NCBI GenBank assembly: GCA_039815185.1
Contig: JBCBZT010000012.1
Span: 1 to 64,000, forward strand
Reading direction: 5' to 3'
DNA: 64,000 bases
Source of the DNA: Cyanobacteria bacterium P01_A01_bin.123
GTDB taxonomy: Bacteria > Cyanobacteriota > Cyanobacteriia > Phormidesmidales > Phormidesmidaceae
Shown: positions 35,293 to 48,285 of the stretch, piece after piece
Numbering within the stretch: the stretch's first letter is position 1
How the letters are laid out: each line of letters starts with the position of its first letter
The notes under the pieces: generated by a model
What the model was told of the DNA's origin: nothing
The model's database searches: none
What the model saw: the letters and a program-made list of their open reading frames with translations, nothing else
Translations under genes and position numbers: made by a program

Positions 35293-38200
35293 TTAGCCTG
35301 ATTTTGCCAAGAGCCAAGTTTCGATCGCGGCTTTCAACCGGACAAACTGCTTTTCCAGTGCTGCCAAATGACGTCCCACTGAAGTCATCTCTCCAGCTTT
35401 TGCGGCCTTTTCCACCTCGAAGGCGACTGCTTTCAAAACTTCGCCCCCCACATTGGCGGCAGTCCCCTTGATTCCGTGGGCTTTAGAGGCCACATTTTGG
35501 GCATCTCCGGCTCTGAAATACGTCTGCATCGCCTGAATATCACTGGGGGTATCTTCAAGAAAAAATTGACAAATCTGCATCGCCAATTCCTCATCACCGC
35601 TGAAATACCCCAGTAAGGCCACCCTATCAAAGATGGGTACTGTATCATTTCTGATGATTTCACTTTGAGGCACTGCCGCTTGTTGACCAACCCTTGCGAT
35701 CAGCCATTTTGTCAGCATCTCAGATAGCGCTTTCGGATTAATGGGTTTTGCCAAATAATCGTTCATGCCTGCTGCGAGGCATTTTTCCTTGTCACCTTTC
35801 ATGGCGTTGGCGGTCATGGCAATAATGGCGATATTTTGATTGTGCTGACCAGCTCTGCCCTGACGAATCTGGCGACTAGTCTCATAACCGTCCATCTCAG
35901 GCATCTGGCAGTCCATAAAGACCAGGGTATAAGGCTGGTCTTGAGCAGCAGCTTCCAGGAGGCGCAGGACTTCCAGGCCGTTAACGGCAACATCCACCGC
36001 TAACCCGAGTTGTTTCAGCAAGCCTTTGACGACCATCTGATTGATTCGGTTGTCTTCAGCCAGCAACAAGCGGGTTGGCGCTGGCCAAGAATAAGGCTCG
36101 GGTGTCTGCTGATAATGCTCCTCCCCGTTCACCCCTGTCATATCTTGCTGGCTCTCTGCTGGTGATGTGGTTTGCAAAGTTACTTTGCGATTGCTGGCCA
36201 TCGCCAGGGTACCCAACAAATCGGATGAGGACACGGGTTTGGTGATGTATGCACTAAACCCTAGATCCGTGACCTGCTGTGCGGCGGCGTGGCGGCTGAT
36301 AGTGGTCATCATCACCAACGACATGGCTTGAAAGCGGGCATCAGTTTTTAGCTGCTGGCCCACCTGAGCCCCATCCATACCAGGCATCTGCATATCTAAC
36401 AGCACTAGATCAAAGGGGGGGTGATTTGGTACGTTGCTGTGTTGCATCTGCAGCTCACACAAAGCTAGGGCACTGGGCCCGTCTTGAGCTGCTATCACAG
36501 TTGCCCCCCAGCATTTCAACTGGCCGCATAAGACCTCACGACTAGTCGCGTTATCATCGACAATCAGCACGGTTAGATCTTGCATCTCTAACCGGGGGAG
36601 TATGGGGCGCGACTTTTCGCTGGGCTGTAATCGCGTCGTAAATTCAAAATGACTGCCTTTGCCGACAGTACTGTGCGCCCAAAGATTTCCCCCCATTAGC
36701 TCACAAAGTTTTTTAGTAATAGCCAGCCCTAGACCGGTGCCGCCATATTTGCGAGTAGTACTAGCATCCACTTGAGTAAATGGGTTAAACAAACTCGCAA
36801 TTTTGCCTTGCGATATGCCAATGCCGGTATCGCTCACTGCTCCGATCAGCATCAGTGCATCCTCCTCCTTTTCTAGGCTGCACTGAATCACAACTTCCCC
36901 CTGCTGAGTAAACTTGATGGCATTGTCCACTAGGTTGGTGAAGATCTGCCGCAAGCGCCCCGGATCCCCCTTAACCCTAGATTGCTCAATACCGCGCAGA
37001 TCTAGCACTAGCTCTAAGCCTTTTTCCTGGGCTTTTAAGCCCATAACCTTAGCAAAATTACCTAAATGTTCGTGTAGGTTAAAATCCAGGATTTCTAACT
37101 CTAATTTGCCCGCATCAACTTTAGAGAAATCGAGAATATCGTTGATCAAAACTAACAATGATTCAGCACTGGACTGAGCAATACTGACTTGAAACTGTTG
37201 ATCTTGAGTTAATGCTGTTCCCCGCAGCAGATTCAACATGCCGATCACGCCATTCATCGGCGTGCGGATTTCATGGCTCATGGTAGCTAGGAAGTTGCTT
37301 TTGGCAAGGGCTGCGGCTTCAGCTATTTCTTTGGCTTGAATCAGTTCTTGTTCGGTTGCTTTACGGTCAGATATATCCTGGAACGAGCCATATATCCTGA
37401 CACAGACGCCATCTTTAAATTCAGCTTGCCCGGTGGTCGCAACCCAAATCTCATTGCCTTTGGCGGTCACAAATTCTGCTTCTACCTTCCACGGCGTGCC
37501 GTGCGCTATGCCCGCCTGGACAGCTTGGGCAATGGCGTTACGACTTTCGCCTTCCTTATAAAAGTTAATGCCTGTTGCCAAGTCAGTTTTGGCATCTTCC
37601 GGGAGTTCATGAATTTCTTTGGTCATGGCAGACAAGTAGGTTGTCTGGTTCACTAGATCCACTTCCCAAGCCCCAATTCGGCCTTGGTGACTCATGGTTT
37701 CCAGCATTGCCTGTTGGCGAGAAAGTTGGGTACTGGCTTGTTTCTTCTCAGAAATATCGCTTTCGATTGCCATATACCCCTGTAATTCACCCAACTCATT
37801 CAGCAGAGGATTACAGCGAATATCAACCCAATAGGGGTGCCCATTTTTAGCGTAATTAAGGATTTCTACATGGAATCCTGCTTGCTGTTGTAGGGCTTGG
37901 CGTATTTGTACTACGGTCTCAGGGTCGGTCTCAGGGCCTTGCAAGACACTGCCGGGGGTTAGGCCTAAAACTTCCGGTAGTTCATAGCCTGTAAGGCGGG
38001 TAAAACCAGCATTGATCCATTCGATCTGCCCTGCAATGTTGGTGATGATCACCCCTTCAACTGTTTGGCTAGCAATCTGCGAGAGTTTGGTCAGTTCTCG
38101 TTCTGCCACTTTGCGATCGCTGATATCTTGATAGGTGCCCAAAACCCCAACGACTTCACCCGTTAGGTTATGCAGCGGGAGTTTATTCGTTTCTAGCCAG

Positions 38201-39573
38201 AGTTGGTTACCATCAGCTTGAATTTGAGTTTCGATGATGCCAATTTTTGGGGTGTCAGAGCCCATGACTTGGCGATCGTCAGTGCGGAAAGCATCGGCTT
38301 CAGTTTGCCCCCAGGGCAGATCATAATCCGTCTTACCGATCACATCTTCGATAGATGTGAGCCCCGTATCTCGCAGAAAATTCCGATTACAGCCTGAATA
38401 AACCAGGTTCTGATCCTTCCAGAAAACGGAGAGCGGAAACGTATCGAGCACGGTTTGAATAAACTGTTTAGATTCCCGCACGGCATTCTCAGCCCGTTTG
38501 CGATCTGTCACATCTTGAACAATGACTAATGCTTCTTCATCGTTGATGGCAATAATTCGTGCCTCTTCCGAGTGAAGTTCTGCGTCAATCACAACCTCAT
38601 ACTCATAAAACTGAGTCTCGCGGGTTTTCAAGGCTTGTTGAACGTAGAACATACGCTGCCGTGAATGCTCAAGCGGTGTTATGTCGTAGATATTGGCGCC
38701 TTCGTGGGCAAGTCCCTGGTTAAAAAGTTGAACGCTTCCGCCTACCACGACATCAAGGTAAGTGCCGTCCGCATGGATGCGAATCATCAGATCAGGAATC
38801 ACCTCAACCAGAGCTCGATAGCGGGTTTCTCGCTCCTGTAATGCGGCAGTGCGTTCTGCAACTTTGGCTTCTAATGCTTGATTGAGTTGCGCGAGTGCTG
38901 TACTCGCCCGTTGGCGTTCTAATTCGGAAGCGGCGCGGGCAGCAAAGACGCGTAGGATTTGTTCTGCCCATTTTGGGTCTTGCAGGGGCTGCTGGTTAAG
39001 GATGCCCAGATGGCCAATGGCATTGCCTTGAGTATCGTATAAGGCAATGCCCAGATAGGTCTCTGCCCCCATCTCAATCAAATCTATATCGTTGGGAAAC
39101 AGTTGCTGTACCAAGCGTTCACAGTAAAAGATGCCTGACTGCAACACCTGCTCACAAGGGGTTTCAAGCAGATTGTAAGAGTAGGTCGGTTGTAAGGCAC
39201 CGTTGGCCCAAAATGCTAAGGTGCGGAGTGTATTGTCGATTTGCTCAGTGACTAAGACATAAGAGACATTGAGTGCCTTAGCAATGTGACGCACAAGCGC
39301 AGGAAAAAAGTCCTGTCCAGTGGTAGCCGCAGTTCCTGAAATCAGGTTTTGCAGTTGCTGTTCAGACTGATTTAGATCCTGGATAATTTTGCGAAATAGA
39401 AATTCTTGTTTCTCTTTGGTCTCTTCCAGTTTGAGTCGGTCGATTTGAGATCTTTCCAGCTTCCTTTGCAAGACCCGGTTAGCCTTTTCTAGGGTTCGAA
39501 TTTGAGCTAAGTAGTCTTCCGCTGTACTCATCCACGCCTCTCGTCTGTAGTTTTGAGGACTATCACCCATCAT
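35293..39573 (-). CDS. Hybrid sensor histidine kinase (coiled coil-GAF-4 PAS-HisKA-HATPase-REC-REC-HPt)
   Basis: H-box [16 protein letters not shown]-box [17 protein letters not shown] boxes DTGIG and GGTGLGL, REC LLDMQMP and FMDCQMP, HPt AHGIKG. Start may be ATG 39531. Confidence 0.94.
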   Translation of the reverse strand: MMGDSPQNYRREAWMSTAEDYLAQIRTLEKANRVLQRKLERSQIDRLKLEETKEKQEFLFRKIIQDLNQSEQQLQNLISGTAATTGQDFFPALVRHIAKALNVSYVLVTEQIDNTLRTLAFWANGALQPTYSYNLLETPCEQVLQSGIFYCERLVQQLFPNDIDLIEMGAETYLGIALYDTQGNAIGHLGILNQQPLQDPKWAEQILRVFAARAASELERQRASTALAQLNQALEAKVAERTAALQERETRYRALVEVIPDLMIRIHADGTYLDVVVGGSVQLFNQGLAHEGANIYDITPLEHSRQRMFYVQQALKTRETQFYEYEVVIDAELHSEEARIIAINDEEALVIVQDVTDRKRAENAVRESKQFIQTVLDTFPLSVFWKDQNLVYSGCNRNFLRDTGLTSIEDVIGKTDYDLPWGQTEADAFRTDDRQVMGSDTPKIGIIETQIQADGNQLWLETNKLPLHNLTGEVVGVLGTYQDISDRKVAERELTKLSQIASQTVEGVIITNIAGQIEWINAGFTRLTGYELPEVLGLTPGSVLQGPETDPETVVQIRQALQQQAGFHVEILNYAKNGHPYWVDIRCNPLLNELGELQGYMAIESDISEKKQASTQLSRQQAMLETMSHQGRIGAWEVDLVNQTTYLSAMTKEIHELPEDAKTDLATGINFYKEGESRNAIAQAVQAGIAHGTPWKVEAEFVTAKGNEIWVATTGQAEFKDGVCVRIYGSFQDISDRKATEQELIQAKEIAEAAALAKSNFLATMSHEIRTPMNGVIGMLNLLRGTALTQDQQFQVSIAQSSAESLLVLINDILDFSKVDAGKLELEILDFNLHEHLGNFAKVMGLKAQEKGLELVLDLRGIEQSRVKGDPGRLRQIFTNLVDNAIKFTQQGEVVIQCSLEKEEDALMLIGAVSDTGIGISQGKIASLFNPFTQVDASTTRKYGGTGLGLAITKKLCELMGGNLWAHSTVGKGSHFEFTTRLQPSEKSRPILPRLEMQDLTVLIVDDNATSREVLCGQLKCWGATVIAAQDGPSALALCELQMQHSNVPNHPPFDLVLLDMQMPGMDGAQVGQQLKTDARFQAMSLVMMTTISRHAAAQQVTDLGFSAYITKPVSSSDLLGTLAMASNRKVTLQTTSPAESQQDMTGVNGEEHYQQTPEPYSWPAPTRLLLAEDNRINQMVVKGLLKQLGLAVDVAVNGLEVLRLLEAAAQDQPYTLVFMDCQMPEMDGYETSRQIRQGRAGQHNQNIAIIAMTANAMKGDKEKCLAAGMNDYLAKPINPKALSEMLTKWLIARVGQQAAVPQSEIIRNDTVPIFDRVALLGYFSGDEELAMQICQFFLEDTPSDIQAMQTYFRAGDAQNVASKAHGIKGTAANVGGEVLKAVAFEVEKAAKAGEMTSVGRHLAALEKQFVRLKAAIETWLLAKSG

Positions 39574-39593
39574 TCAGGCTTTTCCTAGCAAAT

Positions 39594-40748
39594 TCAGGCT
39601 TCGCCTAGCAATAAAGTCACAAAGGTTTCATTGTGAAAATAAGTTGCTCCCTTTTGCTGCTGGGGTGCGATTTCGCCGTTGGTGTAAAATCCACATCCGG
39701 GTAAGGATTGTTTTACATTACCCTTGATCAGTTGATATTCTTCACCCGTGCGACTCCCCAAAACTTGACGGCGGCTAGCACAGGAGAAAAATAAAGCGGC
39801 TGACGGAGATTCCCCTGGATAGTGTTGTAAGGCTTGCTGCATGGAAGTTTGGGAAGCAGACAAAATGCTATCCCGACTGGCTTCGGTAATTTGCACTATG
39901 GCCCCTTCGGGTAGATCGCCAAAAAAATTGACACTGCCCAACGTTGGGTCGTAGATGCCACTGGGGGCACGCATATACATTAACTCTCCGCTAGATTCAA
40001 ACACGGCCAAAGGATATTCCGAAGAGGGGGGTAATGGCCCTAGATAGTACTTGTAGAAGTCGAGCGCCGGTTGCTCGTCAATTTTGTAAACCACGTTTTG
40101 TACGACTTGGGTAATCCGGCCCTGTTTACCAATCGGCTGCCAGCCATTGGCAATTCCGTGAGCAAACAGCACAGGGCCTGAAAATAGCAAAACGGGGACT
40201 GCATCGCTGTATACCTTGTCTTGGAAAAACTGATAGGTTTGCTGGAAGCGCCATTGGTCTGCTGTTAGGCCACCAAAAATAGGCACTTGAGAACCCAGGC
40301 TTTGCTTCAGGCTCTCGACAATTTGCACGGCGCTGGTGGTTAGGCTTTCGGGCAGAGTCAGGCAAAACTGGACAGGGTCTGAATTCCCTGCGCTGGCTTG
40401 GGCGACAGCCGCGTGGGTTGCGGCAACGACATCAACAGAGACCTGGGTACCAATGCCAGCCCTAATGCTAATCTGATCGGAACAAAACACAATTAGGGTT
40501 AGGGAATCTTGTTCAAACCCTAATACCGAGGATATTTCGCCATCGGTAGTGCCACCGATTAAGGCCAAGTCTGGAAAGGCCGCTAAGAGTTTGCTCAAGA
40601 TCAGGTTATGGTCAAAGTCGATTGCCGCTAGCACAATACCTGCTGTAGGCATAGTCCCTGCTAATTCGGTGCGGCATTGATCGATCACTTCAGCGATCGC
40701 ATCTGGCGAATCCAAATCCGTACTATGACCGACCGCAACTTTTAACAC
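39594..40748 (-). CDS. FIST_N/FIST_C domain signalling protein (NosP-like)
   Basis: IGGTTDGEIS, IFGGLTAD, GWQPIG, IDEQPAL, FSCASRR, GFYTNGEI, FHNET. GTG 40748 has GGAGA upstream; ORF is open to 40790. Confidence 0.9.
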   Translation of the reverse strand: MLKVAVGHSTDLDSPDAIAEVIDQCRTELAGTMPTAGIVLAAIDFDHNLILSKLLAAFPDLALIGGTTDGEISSVLGFEQDSLTLIVFCSDQISIRAGIGTQVSVDVVAATHAAVAQASAGNSDPVQFCLTLPESLTTSAVQIVESLKQSLGSQVPIFGGLTADQWRFQQTYQFFQDKVYSDAVPVLLFSGPVLFAHGIANGWQPIGKQGRITQVVQNVVYKIDEQPALDFYKYYLGPLPPSSEYPLAVFESSGELMYMRAPSGIYDPTLGSVNFFGDLPEGAIVQITEASRDSILSASQTSMQQALQHYPGESPSAALFFSCASRRQVLGSRTGEEYQLIKGNVKQSLPGCGFYTNGEIAPQQQKGATYFHNETFVTLLLGEA

Positions 40749-40850
40749 AACCTTTTCTCCATTCAGATTGGATTTGAACTTCGTCCACATCCAGATCCAT
40801 AGTTTTCCTTGAGCTAAACATTCAAGTTTTCAAATCGGATGAGATTGTCT

Positions 40851-43800
40851 TCATTTTTGGTGTTCTGACAGCCAATTTTCAATCGCGACTTTTAACCGAG
40901 CAAACTGTGTTTCGATATCTGGCATATAACGCCAGAGTAAATCGATGTCCCCAGCCTTGGCAGCTTTCTCCATCTCGAAGGCGACTGCCCTCAAGACTTC
41001 ACCCCCGACATTGGCAGCGGTGCCTTTAATCCCATGGGCCTTGTAGGTCACATTGAGGACATCTCCGGCTGTCAAATACGCCTGCATCGCTTGAATATCG
41101 CTGGGGGTATCTTCAAGAAAGAATTGACAAATTTGCACCGCTAGCTCTTTATCGCCACTGAAATAATCGAGTAGGGCGACCGGATCGAAGATAGGCACCG
41201 TCTTGTGTCTGGCGGCTGGGTTGCCAAAGGCTGCCTGGGGTTGATCGCCCTGCCTGAGTAGCCACTTTTGAAGCATCTCAGAGAGTGCTTTGGGGTCAAT
41301 CGGTTTTGCTAAATAATCATTCATGCCAGCCTCGAGGCATTTCTCCTTGTCCCCTTTCATCGCGTTAGCGGTCATGGCGATGATGGTGATATCTCGATTG
41401 CGATCGCTGGCTATGCCCTCGCGAATCTGGCGACTGGCTTCGTAACCATCCAGCTCAGGCATTTGGCAGTCCATAAAGACTAGGGTGTAAGCCTGATTTT
41501 GGGGAGCAGCTTCTAGTAAATGTAGGGCTTCTAGGCCGTTAATGGCAACATCCACGGCTAACCCAAGTCTTTTGAGCAAACTCCTGACAACCATCTGGTT
41601 AACGCGATTGTCTTCGACTAGCAACAAGCGAGTTTGTGCAGGCCAGCGATGGGCCGTGAGTGTCTTGGGTCGATGTTGTCCATTGTGCGGTACCTCCAAA
41701 GTCGCGCCATTTTGTTGGACAGTACGGCTACCGCTAGCCACGACTAAGGCATCAAATAAATCGGACGGGGTCACGGGTTTAGTAAAGTAGGCACTAAAGC
41801 CAAGATCGGTAAAACACCTAACGTCATCACTGTCACCGTGCACATAGTGTTCGCATAGATCAATGGCAGTCATCATCACCAGCGACATCGACTGAAAACG
41901 TCTATCGGCTTTGAGCCGCTGGCTCAGTTCTAAGCCGTCCATATTAGGCATCTGCATATCCAACAGCGCCATATCAAAGGGGGGTTGGGTTGTGGTGTGA
42001 TGCTGCACTTGTGCTTCACAGAGTGCCAAAGCACTGGGGCCGTCTGGGGCTTCTACAACTTTTGCACCCCAACGTTCTAACTGGTCGCGCAAGACGTCAC
42101 GATTGGTTGCATTATCATCTACGACTAATAGGGTTAAGCCCCGGATATCCGCCTGCGGTAAGTCCTGTTGTAACGGGTCGCTGGGTTGCAGCATGGCTGT
42201 GAATTCAAACTTGCTGCCCTGGCCGACTTCACTGTGCACCCGAATATTGCCGCCCATCAACGTACAAAGTCTTTTGGTAATGGCCAGTCCCAACCCAGTG
42301 CCACCATATTTGCGAGTGGTGCTGGCATCCACTTGCGTAAAGGGTTCAAACAAACCGGCCAACTTATGCTGTGGGATGCCGATGCCAGTATCGCGTACTG
42401 AGCCAGTGAATAGTAGCCCATCTTCGACGGCTTCTAGGAAACACTGAATGACGATTTCTCCCTGCTCGGTAAATTTCACAGCATTGCTCACCAAGTTGGT
42501 GAAGATCTGCCGCAAACGCCCCGGATCACCTTTGACGCTGGATTGCTCAATGCCGCGCAGATCCAGCACGAGTTCTAATCCTTTTTGCTGAGCTTTTAAG
42601 GCCATGGCATTGGCAAAATCCCCCAATTGCTGACGCAGGTCGAATGCCAAAATCTCCAGCTCCAGCTTATTGGCATCCACTTTGGAGAAATCGAGAATGT
42701 CCTTGATTAAGGTTAATAAAGATTCTGCGCTGGAATGGGCAATGTCGATTTGCAGCCGTTGAGTCGGGTTTAGGTCTGTATCCTGTAGCAAGCCCAACAT
42801 GCCGATCACGCCATTCATCGGTGTCCGGATTTCATGGCTCATGTGGGCCAGGAATTCACCCTTAGCCAGAGCTGCGGCTTCAGCGGCTTCTTTGGCTTGT
42901 TGGAGTTCTAGTTCGGCTCGTTTACGATCGCTAATATCGCGGCAGACACAAATTAAGTAGCTATCTTCTGTAAGGCTTAGGGATAATCCTTCGGCAAAGG
43001 TAGAGCCATCTTTGCGGGTGGCGACTGCTTCTCCTTGCCAAGCGCGATCGCGCTCCACCAGGGGCAAAATTTCGTGTCTAAACCTGGCTAACTCCTCTGA
43101 GGAATAGAGACGTTGCCAGGATTTACCCAGTAGGTCTTCAGGGTGTTCATAGCCAAACAGGGTGAGATGGGCTCGATTAGCGTAAAGGAAGGTATCCCCT
43201 TGGAGAATAGCAATGCCATCAATGGCTGCCTCGAGGGTTGCCAGTTGACGTCCCATCGCAACTTCAGCTTCTTTGAGTTTAGTGATGTCGTAGTTAATCC
43301 CGATCATTCGTTGTGCTTCGCCATTGGCGTTGCGCTGCACTATCGCATTGGCCTTAATAAAGCGGATAGTCCCATCGGGTTGAAGAATCCGAAATTCGGT
43401 GTCGTAGGCCTTGTCGCCGTTTCGGGCTTGTTGAGACGTGATTTCGGCTGCAGCGCGATCATCAGGGTGCAAACTGTTGATCCACGCTTCATAGACGTTG
43501 AGAAACTGGTCTTGTGTAAAGCCATAGAGGTCATACATCTGCGCATCCCAGGTGATCAGGTTTTGGGTAATGTCCCAATCCCAAATTCCAATCCCAGCAG
43601 ACTCCACTGCCAGATTCAAACGATCAGAGACCTCGCGCAGATGCGCTTCGGCCTGTTTGCGCTCAGTGATATCTCTAGCGGCTGCGTAGACTAAATGGTC
43701 GCTAGGTGCAGCTCGCCATTCAAGCCATCGAGTTGACCCATCACTGCAACGGTAGCGGTTGGTGAAATTGAGGATCTTCTCCCCTGCTTCCAGCTGGGCG

Positions 43801-46800
43801 ATCGCTTCCAACGTTTTGTCTATATCGTCGGCATGGACATAATCCAGAAATCTTGACCCTTCCAACTCGGGTAAGGGATAGCCCAAGGTCTTTTCCCACT
43901 GGTCGTTAAGGCGGAGAAAATAGCCGTCTGTATTGGCAATGCAGTGTAAATCTAACGCTACTGAAAAGAACTGATCGAGCGCTTCTGTTTTGGTTTGTAA
44001 GTCAAGCTGAGCCTGTTTGCGCTCGGTCACATCTCTCACAATGATTAAGGCTTCGTCTGGGCTAATTTTGCCGATTCGCACCTCTTCATACATGAGGCGA
44101 TCGCGTTTTTGGACTTGATGTTCATAAACTTGCAGCGTATCTGTGGCGATCACCTGCCCAATCTTGTCGAGTTGCTGTTGCAATAGCATCGATGGCAGTA
44201 CTTCTGAGATGTGCCGCTCAATGGGGAGGAAATTCCCTGAATGACTATGGGAAACGATGTATTCCAAACAGGTGCCATCTGGCCTGACGCGCAACAGTAA
44301 ATCAGGGATGGCTGCGATCATGGCGTGCATCTGAGCTTCACGGGCGCGGAGTGCAGCGGTGCGTTCTTCGACTTCGGCTTCAAGATCTTGATTGAGCTGC
44401 TCTAGCAGGGTGCTGGTTCGTTGGCGTTCCAACTCGGCGGCGGCGCGAGCGGCAAAGACATGCAGGATTTGTTTTGCGCGTTTCGGGTCTTGGATCGGCT
44501 GCGCGTCAAGGATGCACAGGGTGCCAATGGTTTGACCATGGGTATTGCGTAAGGCAACCCCAAGATAACTCTGTGCCCCCATCTCAGCCAAATCTGCACT
44601 GTCAGGAAATTGCTGCTGCACGGAGTATTCACAATAAAAATGTCCGTCTTGCAATGTCCGTTTACAAGGGGTGATTGCATAAAGATAGGACGGTGTGGGT
44701 TGCAGCGCGCCGTTTGCCGAAAATGCCAAGGCATGAAGTTCTTCGTCCACCTGTTCAGTCACGATGGCGTAAGCAACATTCAAGGTTGCTGTAATGTGGC
44801 TCACCAATGCCGGAAAGAAGTCTTGTCCAGTAGTGGCTGCGGTGCCTTTGATCAGGTTTTGCAGCTGTGCTTCGGCTTTTTTGCGATCGCTGATATCCTG
44901 AACCACTGCTACGGTGTTTAAGAGATTCCCCGCATCATCTCGCATCAGCGAAACCGTGGTGTGTGACCACATTGCCTTACCATCCTTGCGCAGATAGCGT
45001 TTCTCCATAGACAAATGGGAGATCTCACCAGCTATCAACCGGGGGAAATCTGGAATTGCTCGGTCATCGGGATGGGTAATGCCTGCGACTGTGAGTTGCG
45101 TAAGTTCAGTGGGGGTATAGCCTAGCATTTGGCAAAAGCGGGGATTGCCGGCCAGCAGGTTGCCGTCTAAGGTTCCGTGGACAATGCCAACGGCAGCATG
45201 ATCAACAATGCTACGAAACTTATTTTCACTGGCAGTCAGTTGGCGTTCAGCCCGTTTGCGATCGCTCAAGTCAACATCCACACAGTACATTTCCTGCTCA
45301 CCAGCAAGATTGGTCAGCATGATGTGGCTAGAGAAGACTTCAACTTTAGAGCCATCTTTGCGCCTTAAGTTCAATTCGCCCGCCGGAACAGGTTGTCCAC
45401 CGTCCAACCAAGTCTTCACAGCCTCGATTGCCCAAGACTGCATCTCTAGTGGAATAATCAAATCCTCAAGTTGCTGACCAACTGCCTCTGCTTGGCTGTA
45501 GCCATACAATTGCTCACTGGCGTCGTTCCAGTAAATGACCCGGCGGTGACGGTCATAGCCTTGAACGGCAATGTTCGGTGTGGATTCAAACAGGCTGCGG
45601 AACCGCTGTTCGCTTTCCTCCAATGCTGTTTCAGTCTGTTGGCGTTCGGCTTCGAGTTGCTTTCTATCGCTGATGTCTCGAATGATTAAAAGGACTTCAT
45701 CATCGCCACTCTGCACCATTCTGATTTCTTCATTTTGCAGGCGATCGCCGATCTGCACCTGCTGTTCATAGACTTGCAGTTCCCCGGTGGCCAGTGCTTG
45801 ATCCATGTGACGGCAGTGGCGGGCGACGATATCTGCTGGTGCAAAATCTGCCATTGCTAAACCCACCAGATCGATATCTGCGGGGAACAGGTTAATCTCA
45901 GGCTTATTCGACACAAACTCCCGCAAAACGCCGTTGGCCCCCACCCGAAACATCAGATCGGGCATTGCCGCCAGCATCGCTCGGCTTTTCGCTTCGCTTT
46001 GGCGCAGCGCGATTTCAGTTTGTTTGCGTTCAGTGATATCGGTGTTCGTGCCTAACAGTCGTTCTGGGTTACCAGACTCGTCGCAGATCACCTGACCCTG
46101 TGCCAAGACCCAAATGATAGAACCGTCTTTGTGAAGGAGCCGATGCTCAAAGACGTATTCAGGAATTTTCCCATCCAGGTAATCTTGCGTAATGTCTAGG
46201 ATCCAACTGTGATCTTCTGGTGGAATAAATGTATTCCAATGGTCAACGTCGTTGGGGATTTCTGCATCGGTATAGCCTAAAAGAGCCTTAATGTTGGGAT
46301 CAAGATAAAAGCTATTGGTTTGAAAGTTCCATTCCCATACCCCAACTTTGCCGGCACGTGTCGCCAAGCTGTAGCGCTCCTCTGCTATTTGCAGCTTGAG
46401 TTCAGCCTGCTTGCGATCGCTGATATCCGTATGGGTGCCAATCATCCGTAAGGGTTGACCGTCTGCAGCCCACTCGATGACCTTGCCGCGATCGAGTATC
46501 CACCGATAGTTGCCATCTTTGAAGCGGAGTCGATGCTCGTTGTGGTAAACGGCGGTTTCACCGTTGAAATGTCTTTCTAAATCGGCGTAGCATTGGGCTT
46601 TGTCAGCGGGATGAACACGGCTGTCCCATTCTGCCAGCTGATCGCCAATTTCATCTTCGGCATACCCCAACATCACTTTCCATTGTCGGGAGAAGAAAAC
46701 CGTATTGGTCTGAATATTCCAATCCCAGACGCCGTCGCCTGCCCCTTCCAATGCAAATTGCCAGCGGGCTTCACTGGTTTGCAGGGCTGCCTCAGCTTGA

Positions 46801-48137
46801 TGATGTTTGATCGCAACACCGGCGATATCCGCCATCCGCGCCAGGGTCTCTAATTCATGCGGTTGAGGCGATCGCACGTCTGGGTAATACACGGCAAACG
46901 TACCTAATACCCGACCATCACTGGTCATAATCGGGCTCGACCAACAGGCCTGCAACCCATACTGCAACGCAATGTCTTTGTAGTTTCGCCAGAGGGAATC
47001 GTGAGCAATGTCGCTAACAATGATCGTTTCCCGGCGAAAGGCGGCTGTGCCACAAGAGCCTACCCCTTCACCAATAGCGATGCCGTCTGTTGCCTGGTTG
47101 TAACCTGATGGCAAGTTAGGCGCGGCTCCGAGACGAAGTCGATTATCTTTATCTAGCAACAAGATTGAGCAGCCTGCCCCGTAGAGGTTTTGCTCCACCG
47201 AGTCAATCAACGCTCCGAGCACCTCGGACAGGGGCTCGCTGTTGGCAATTCGGGCCAGCAAGGCATTTTTGACTTCCAGTTGAGCTTCAGTAAATTTGCG
47301 ATCGCTAATGTCGGTTACAGTGCCTAAATAGCCCACTATGTGCCCGTTGCTGTCTTGTTCAGCAACAGACTGTCCATAAACCCACACGACTGTACCGTCA
47401 GGATGCTGAAAGCGATATTCAAGTTCAAAGGCGCGGTTTTCTCGGGCGGATTGCTCCCATTCAGCCGCGATTCGGCTGCGATCGTCAGGGTGTAGCCCTT
47501 GCTGCCATCCCTGCCCCATCGAAACGTCTGGGGTGAGTCCAGTGATTTGGCAGTAGCGATCGTTAACATAAATGCAATTGCCAACCGCATCAGTCCGAAA
47601 AATACCCACAGGAGCTGCGGCGAGGGCAGCATGGCACTGTTCGCTGACCCGTTCACATAGCGCTAAGGGGTTAAAAGCTTGCTGTAAACTTTCACAAGAC
47701 ACCAACCCGACTAACTGATCTTGTGGGTTCAAGATAGGTAAATGGCGAATCTGGTGCTGCTGGAGCAGATTGATGGCATCTGATATATCTGTAAACTCAG
47801 ACTCGCGCAGAGTCATGACGGGGGATGCCATCACATGGCCTATAGATATATCGTCAAAGGATTGTCGCTGGGCACTCAGGCGTACAATGTCTCGCTCCGT
47901 TAGCATGCCGACGATTTGCTGCCCACCGTCTACCACCACCACACAACTTGACCGCGCCTCTCGGTGGAGGTCATTTAGCGGTTCGTCAGTTGGTGGTGGG
48001 GTATCGCCGTGTGAGGGCTGATCGCTCATTCGGGCGATCGCATCCATCACCGTCATATCGGGTGAAACGACTAGCGGATCCCGAATGATTGCAGACGTCA
48101 ATTCTGATCGGGTAAATGACTTGGCATGAAGAGTCAC
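40851..48137 (-). CDS. Giant hybrid sensor histidine kinase, 2428 aa (CBS pair, ~10 PAS, 2 GAF, HisKA-HATPase-REC-REC-HPt)
   Basis: CBS ([16 protein letters not shown]), repeated PAC ends D(I/V)(S/T)(D/E)[14 protein letters not shown]-box [12 protein letters not shown], two REC domains, HPt AHGIKG. Confidence 0.94.
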   Translation of the reverse strand: MTLHAKSFTRSELTSAIIRDPLVVSPDMTVMDAIARMSDQPSHGDTPPPTDEPLNDLHREARSSCVVVVDGGQQIVGMLTERDIVRLSAQRQSFDDISIGHVMASPVMTLRESEFTDISDAINLLQQHQIRHLPILNPQDQLVGLVSCESLQQAFNPLALCERVSEQCHAALAAAPVGIFRTDAVGNCIYVNDRYCQITGLTPDVSMGQGWQQGLHPDDRSRIAAEWEQSARENRAFELEYRFQHPDGTVVWVYGQSVAEQDSNGHIVGYLGTVTDISDRKFTEAQLEVKNALLARIANSEPLSEVLGALIDSVEQNLYGAGCSILLLDKDNRLRLGAAPNLPSGYNQATDGIAIGEGVGSCGTAAFRRETIIVSDIAHDSLWRNYKDIALQYGLQACWSSPIMTSDGRVLGTFAVYYPDVRSPQPHELETLARMADIAGVAIKHHQAEAALQTSEARWQFALEGAGDGVWDWNIQTNTVFFSRQWKVMLGYAEDEIGDQLAEWDSRVHPADKAQCYADLERHFNGETAVYHNEHRLRFKDGNYRWILDRGKVIEWAADGQPLRMIGTHTDISDRKQAELKLQIAEERYSLATRAGKVGVWEWNFQTNSFYLDPNIKALLGYTDAEIPNDVDHWNTFIPPEDHSWILDITQDYLDGKIPEYVFEHRLLHKDGSIIWVLAQGQVICDESGNPERLLGTNTDITERKQTEIALRQSEAKSRAMLAAMPDLMFRVGANGVLREFVSNKPEINLFPADIDLVGLAMADFAPADIVARHCRHMDQALATGELQVYEQQVQIGDRLQNEEIRMVQSGDDEVLLIIRDISDRKQLEAERQQTETALEESEQRFRSLFESTPNIAVQGYDRHRRVIYWNDASEQLYGYSQAEAVGQQLEDLIIPLEMQSWAIEAVKTWLDGGQPVPAGELNLRRKDGSKVEVFSSHIMLTNLAGEQEMYCVDVDLSDRKRAERQLTASENKFRSIVDHAAVGIVHGTLDGNLLAGNPRFCQMLGYTPTELTQLTVAGITHPDDRAIPDFPRLIAGEISHLSMEKRYLRKDGKAMWSHTTVSLMRDDAGNLLNTVAVVQDISDRKKAEAQLQNLIKGTAATTGQDFFPALVSHITATLNVAYAIVTEQVDEELHALAFSANGALQPTPSYLYAITPCKRTLQDGHFYCEYSVQQQFPDSADLAEMGAQSYLGVALRNTHGQTIGTLCILDAQPIQDPKRAKQILHVFAARAAAELERQRTSTLLEQLNQDLEAEVEERTAALRAREAQMHAMIAAIPDLLLRVRPDGTCLEYIVSHSHSGNFLPIERHISEVLPSMLLQQQLDKIGQVIATDTLQVYEHQVQKRDRLMYEEVRIGKISPDEALIIVRDVTERKQAQLDLQTKTEALDQFFSVALDLHCIANTDGYFLRLNDQWEKTLGYPLPELEGSRFLDYVHADDIDKTLEAIAQLEAGEKILNFTNRYRCSDGSTRWLEWRAAPSDHLVYAAARDITERKQAEAHLREVSDRLNLAVESAGIGIWDWDITQNLITWDAQMYDLYGFTQDQFLNVYEAWINSLHPDDRAAAEITSQQARNGDKAYDTEFRILQPDGTIRFIKANAIVQRNANGEAQRMIGINYDITKLKEAEVAMGRQLATLEAAIDGIAILQGDTFLYANRAHLTLFGYEHPEDLLGKSWQRLYSSEELARFRHEILPLVERDRAWQGEAVATRKDGSTFAEGLSLSLTEDSYLICVCRDISDRKRAELELQQAKEAAEAAALAKGEFLAHMSHEIRTPMNGVIGMLGLLQDTDLNPTQRLQIDIAHSSAESLLTLIKDILDFSKVDANKLELEILAFDLRQQLGDFANAMALKAQQKGLELVLDLRGIEQSSVKGDPGRLRQIFTNLVSNAVKFTEQGEIVIQCFLEAVEDGLLFTGSVRDTGIGIPQHKLAGLFEPFTQVDASTTRKYGGTGLGLAITKRLCTLMGGNIRVHSEVGQGSKFEFTAMLQPSDPLQQDLPQADIRGLTLLVVDDNATNRDVLRDQLERWGAKVVEAPDGPSALALCEAQVQHHTTTQPPFDMALLDMQMPNMDGLELSQRLKADRRFQSMSLVMMTAIDLCEHYVHGDSDDVRCFTDLGFSAYFTKPVTPSDLFDALVVASGSRTVQQNGATLEVPHNGQHRPKTLTAHRWPAQTRLLLVEDNRVNQMVVRSLLKRLGLAVDVAINGLEALHLLEAAPQNQAYTLVFMDCQMPELDGYEASRQIREGIASDRNRDITIIAMTANAMKGDKEKCLEAGMNDYLAKPIDPKALSEMLQKWLLRQGDQPQAAFGNPAARHKTVPIFDPVALLDYFSGDKELAVQICQFFLEDTPSDIQAMQAYLTAGDVLNVTYKAHGIKGTAANVGGEVLRAVAFEMEKAAKAGDIDLLWRYMPDIETQFARLKVAIENWLSEHQK

Positions 48138-48285
48138 AATCTAGTACGAGAGAGGGGTTTTTGGGTTGCCTTAAGTATAGGCAAGTCTCCGACAAGACAA
48201 GAGCCTTTAGATACCTAGATAATCGCATCTTAATCCAGTCCTAAAATTCCTGTAATCCAGAAGGACTCCTTTTACCTCCTCTCGT

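Noticed and set aside
40851..48137. Cyanobacteriochrome/phytochrome photosensor
   Set aside because: The GAF domains lack recognisable bilin-binding DXCF/CH or DIP motifs.
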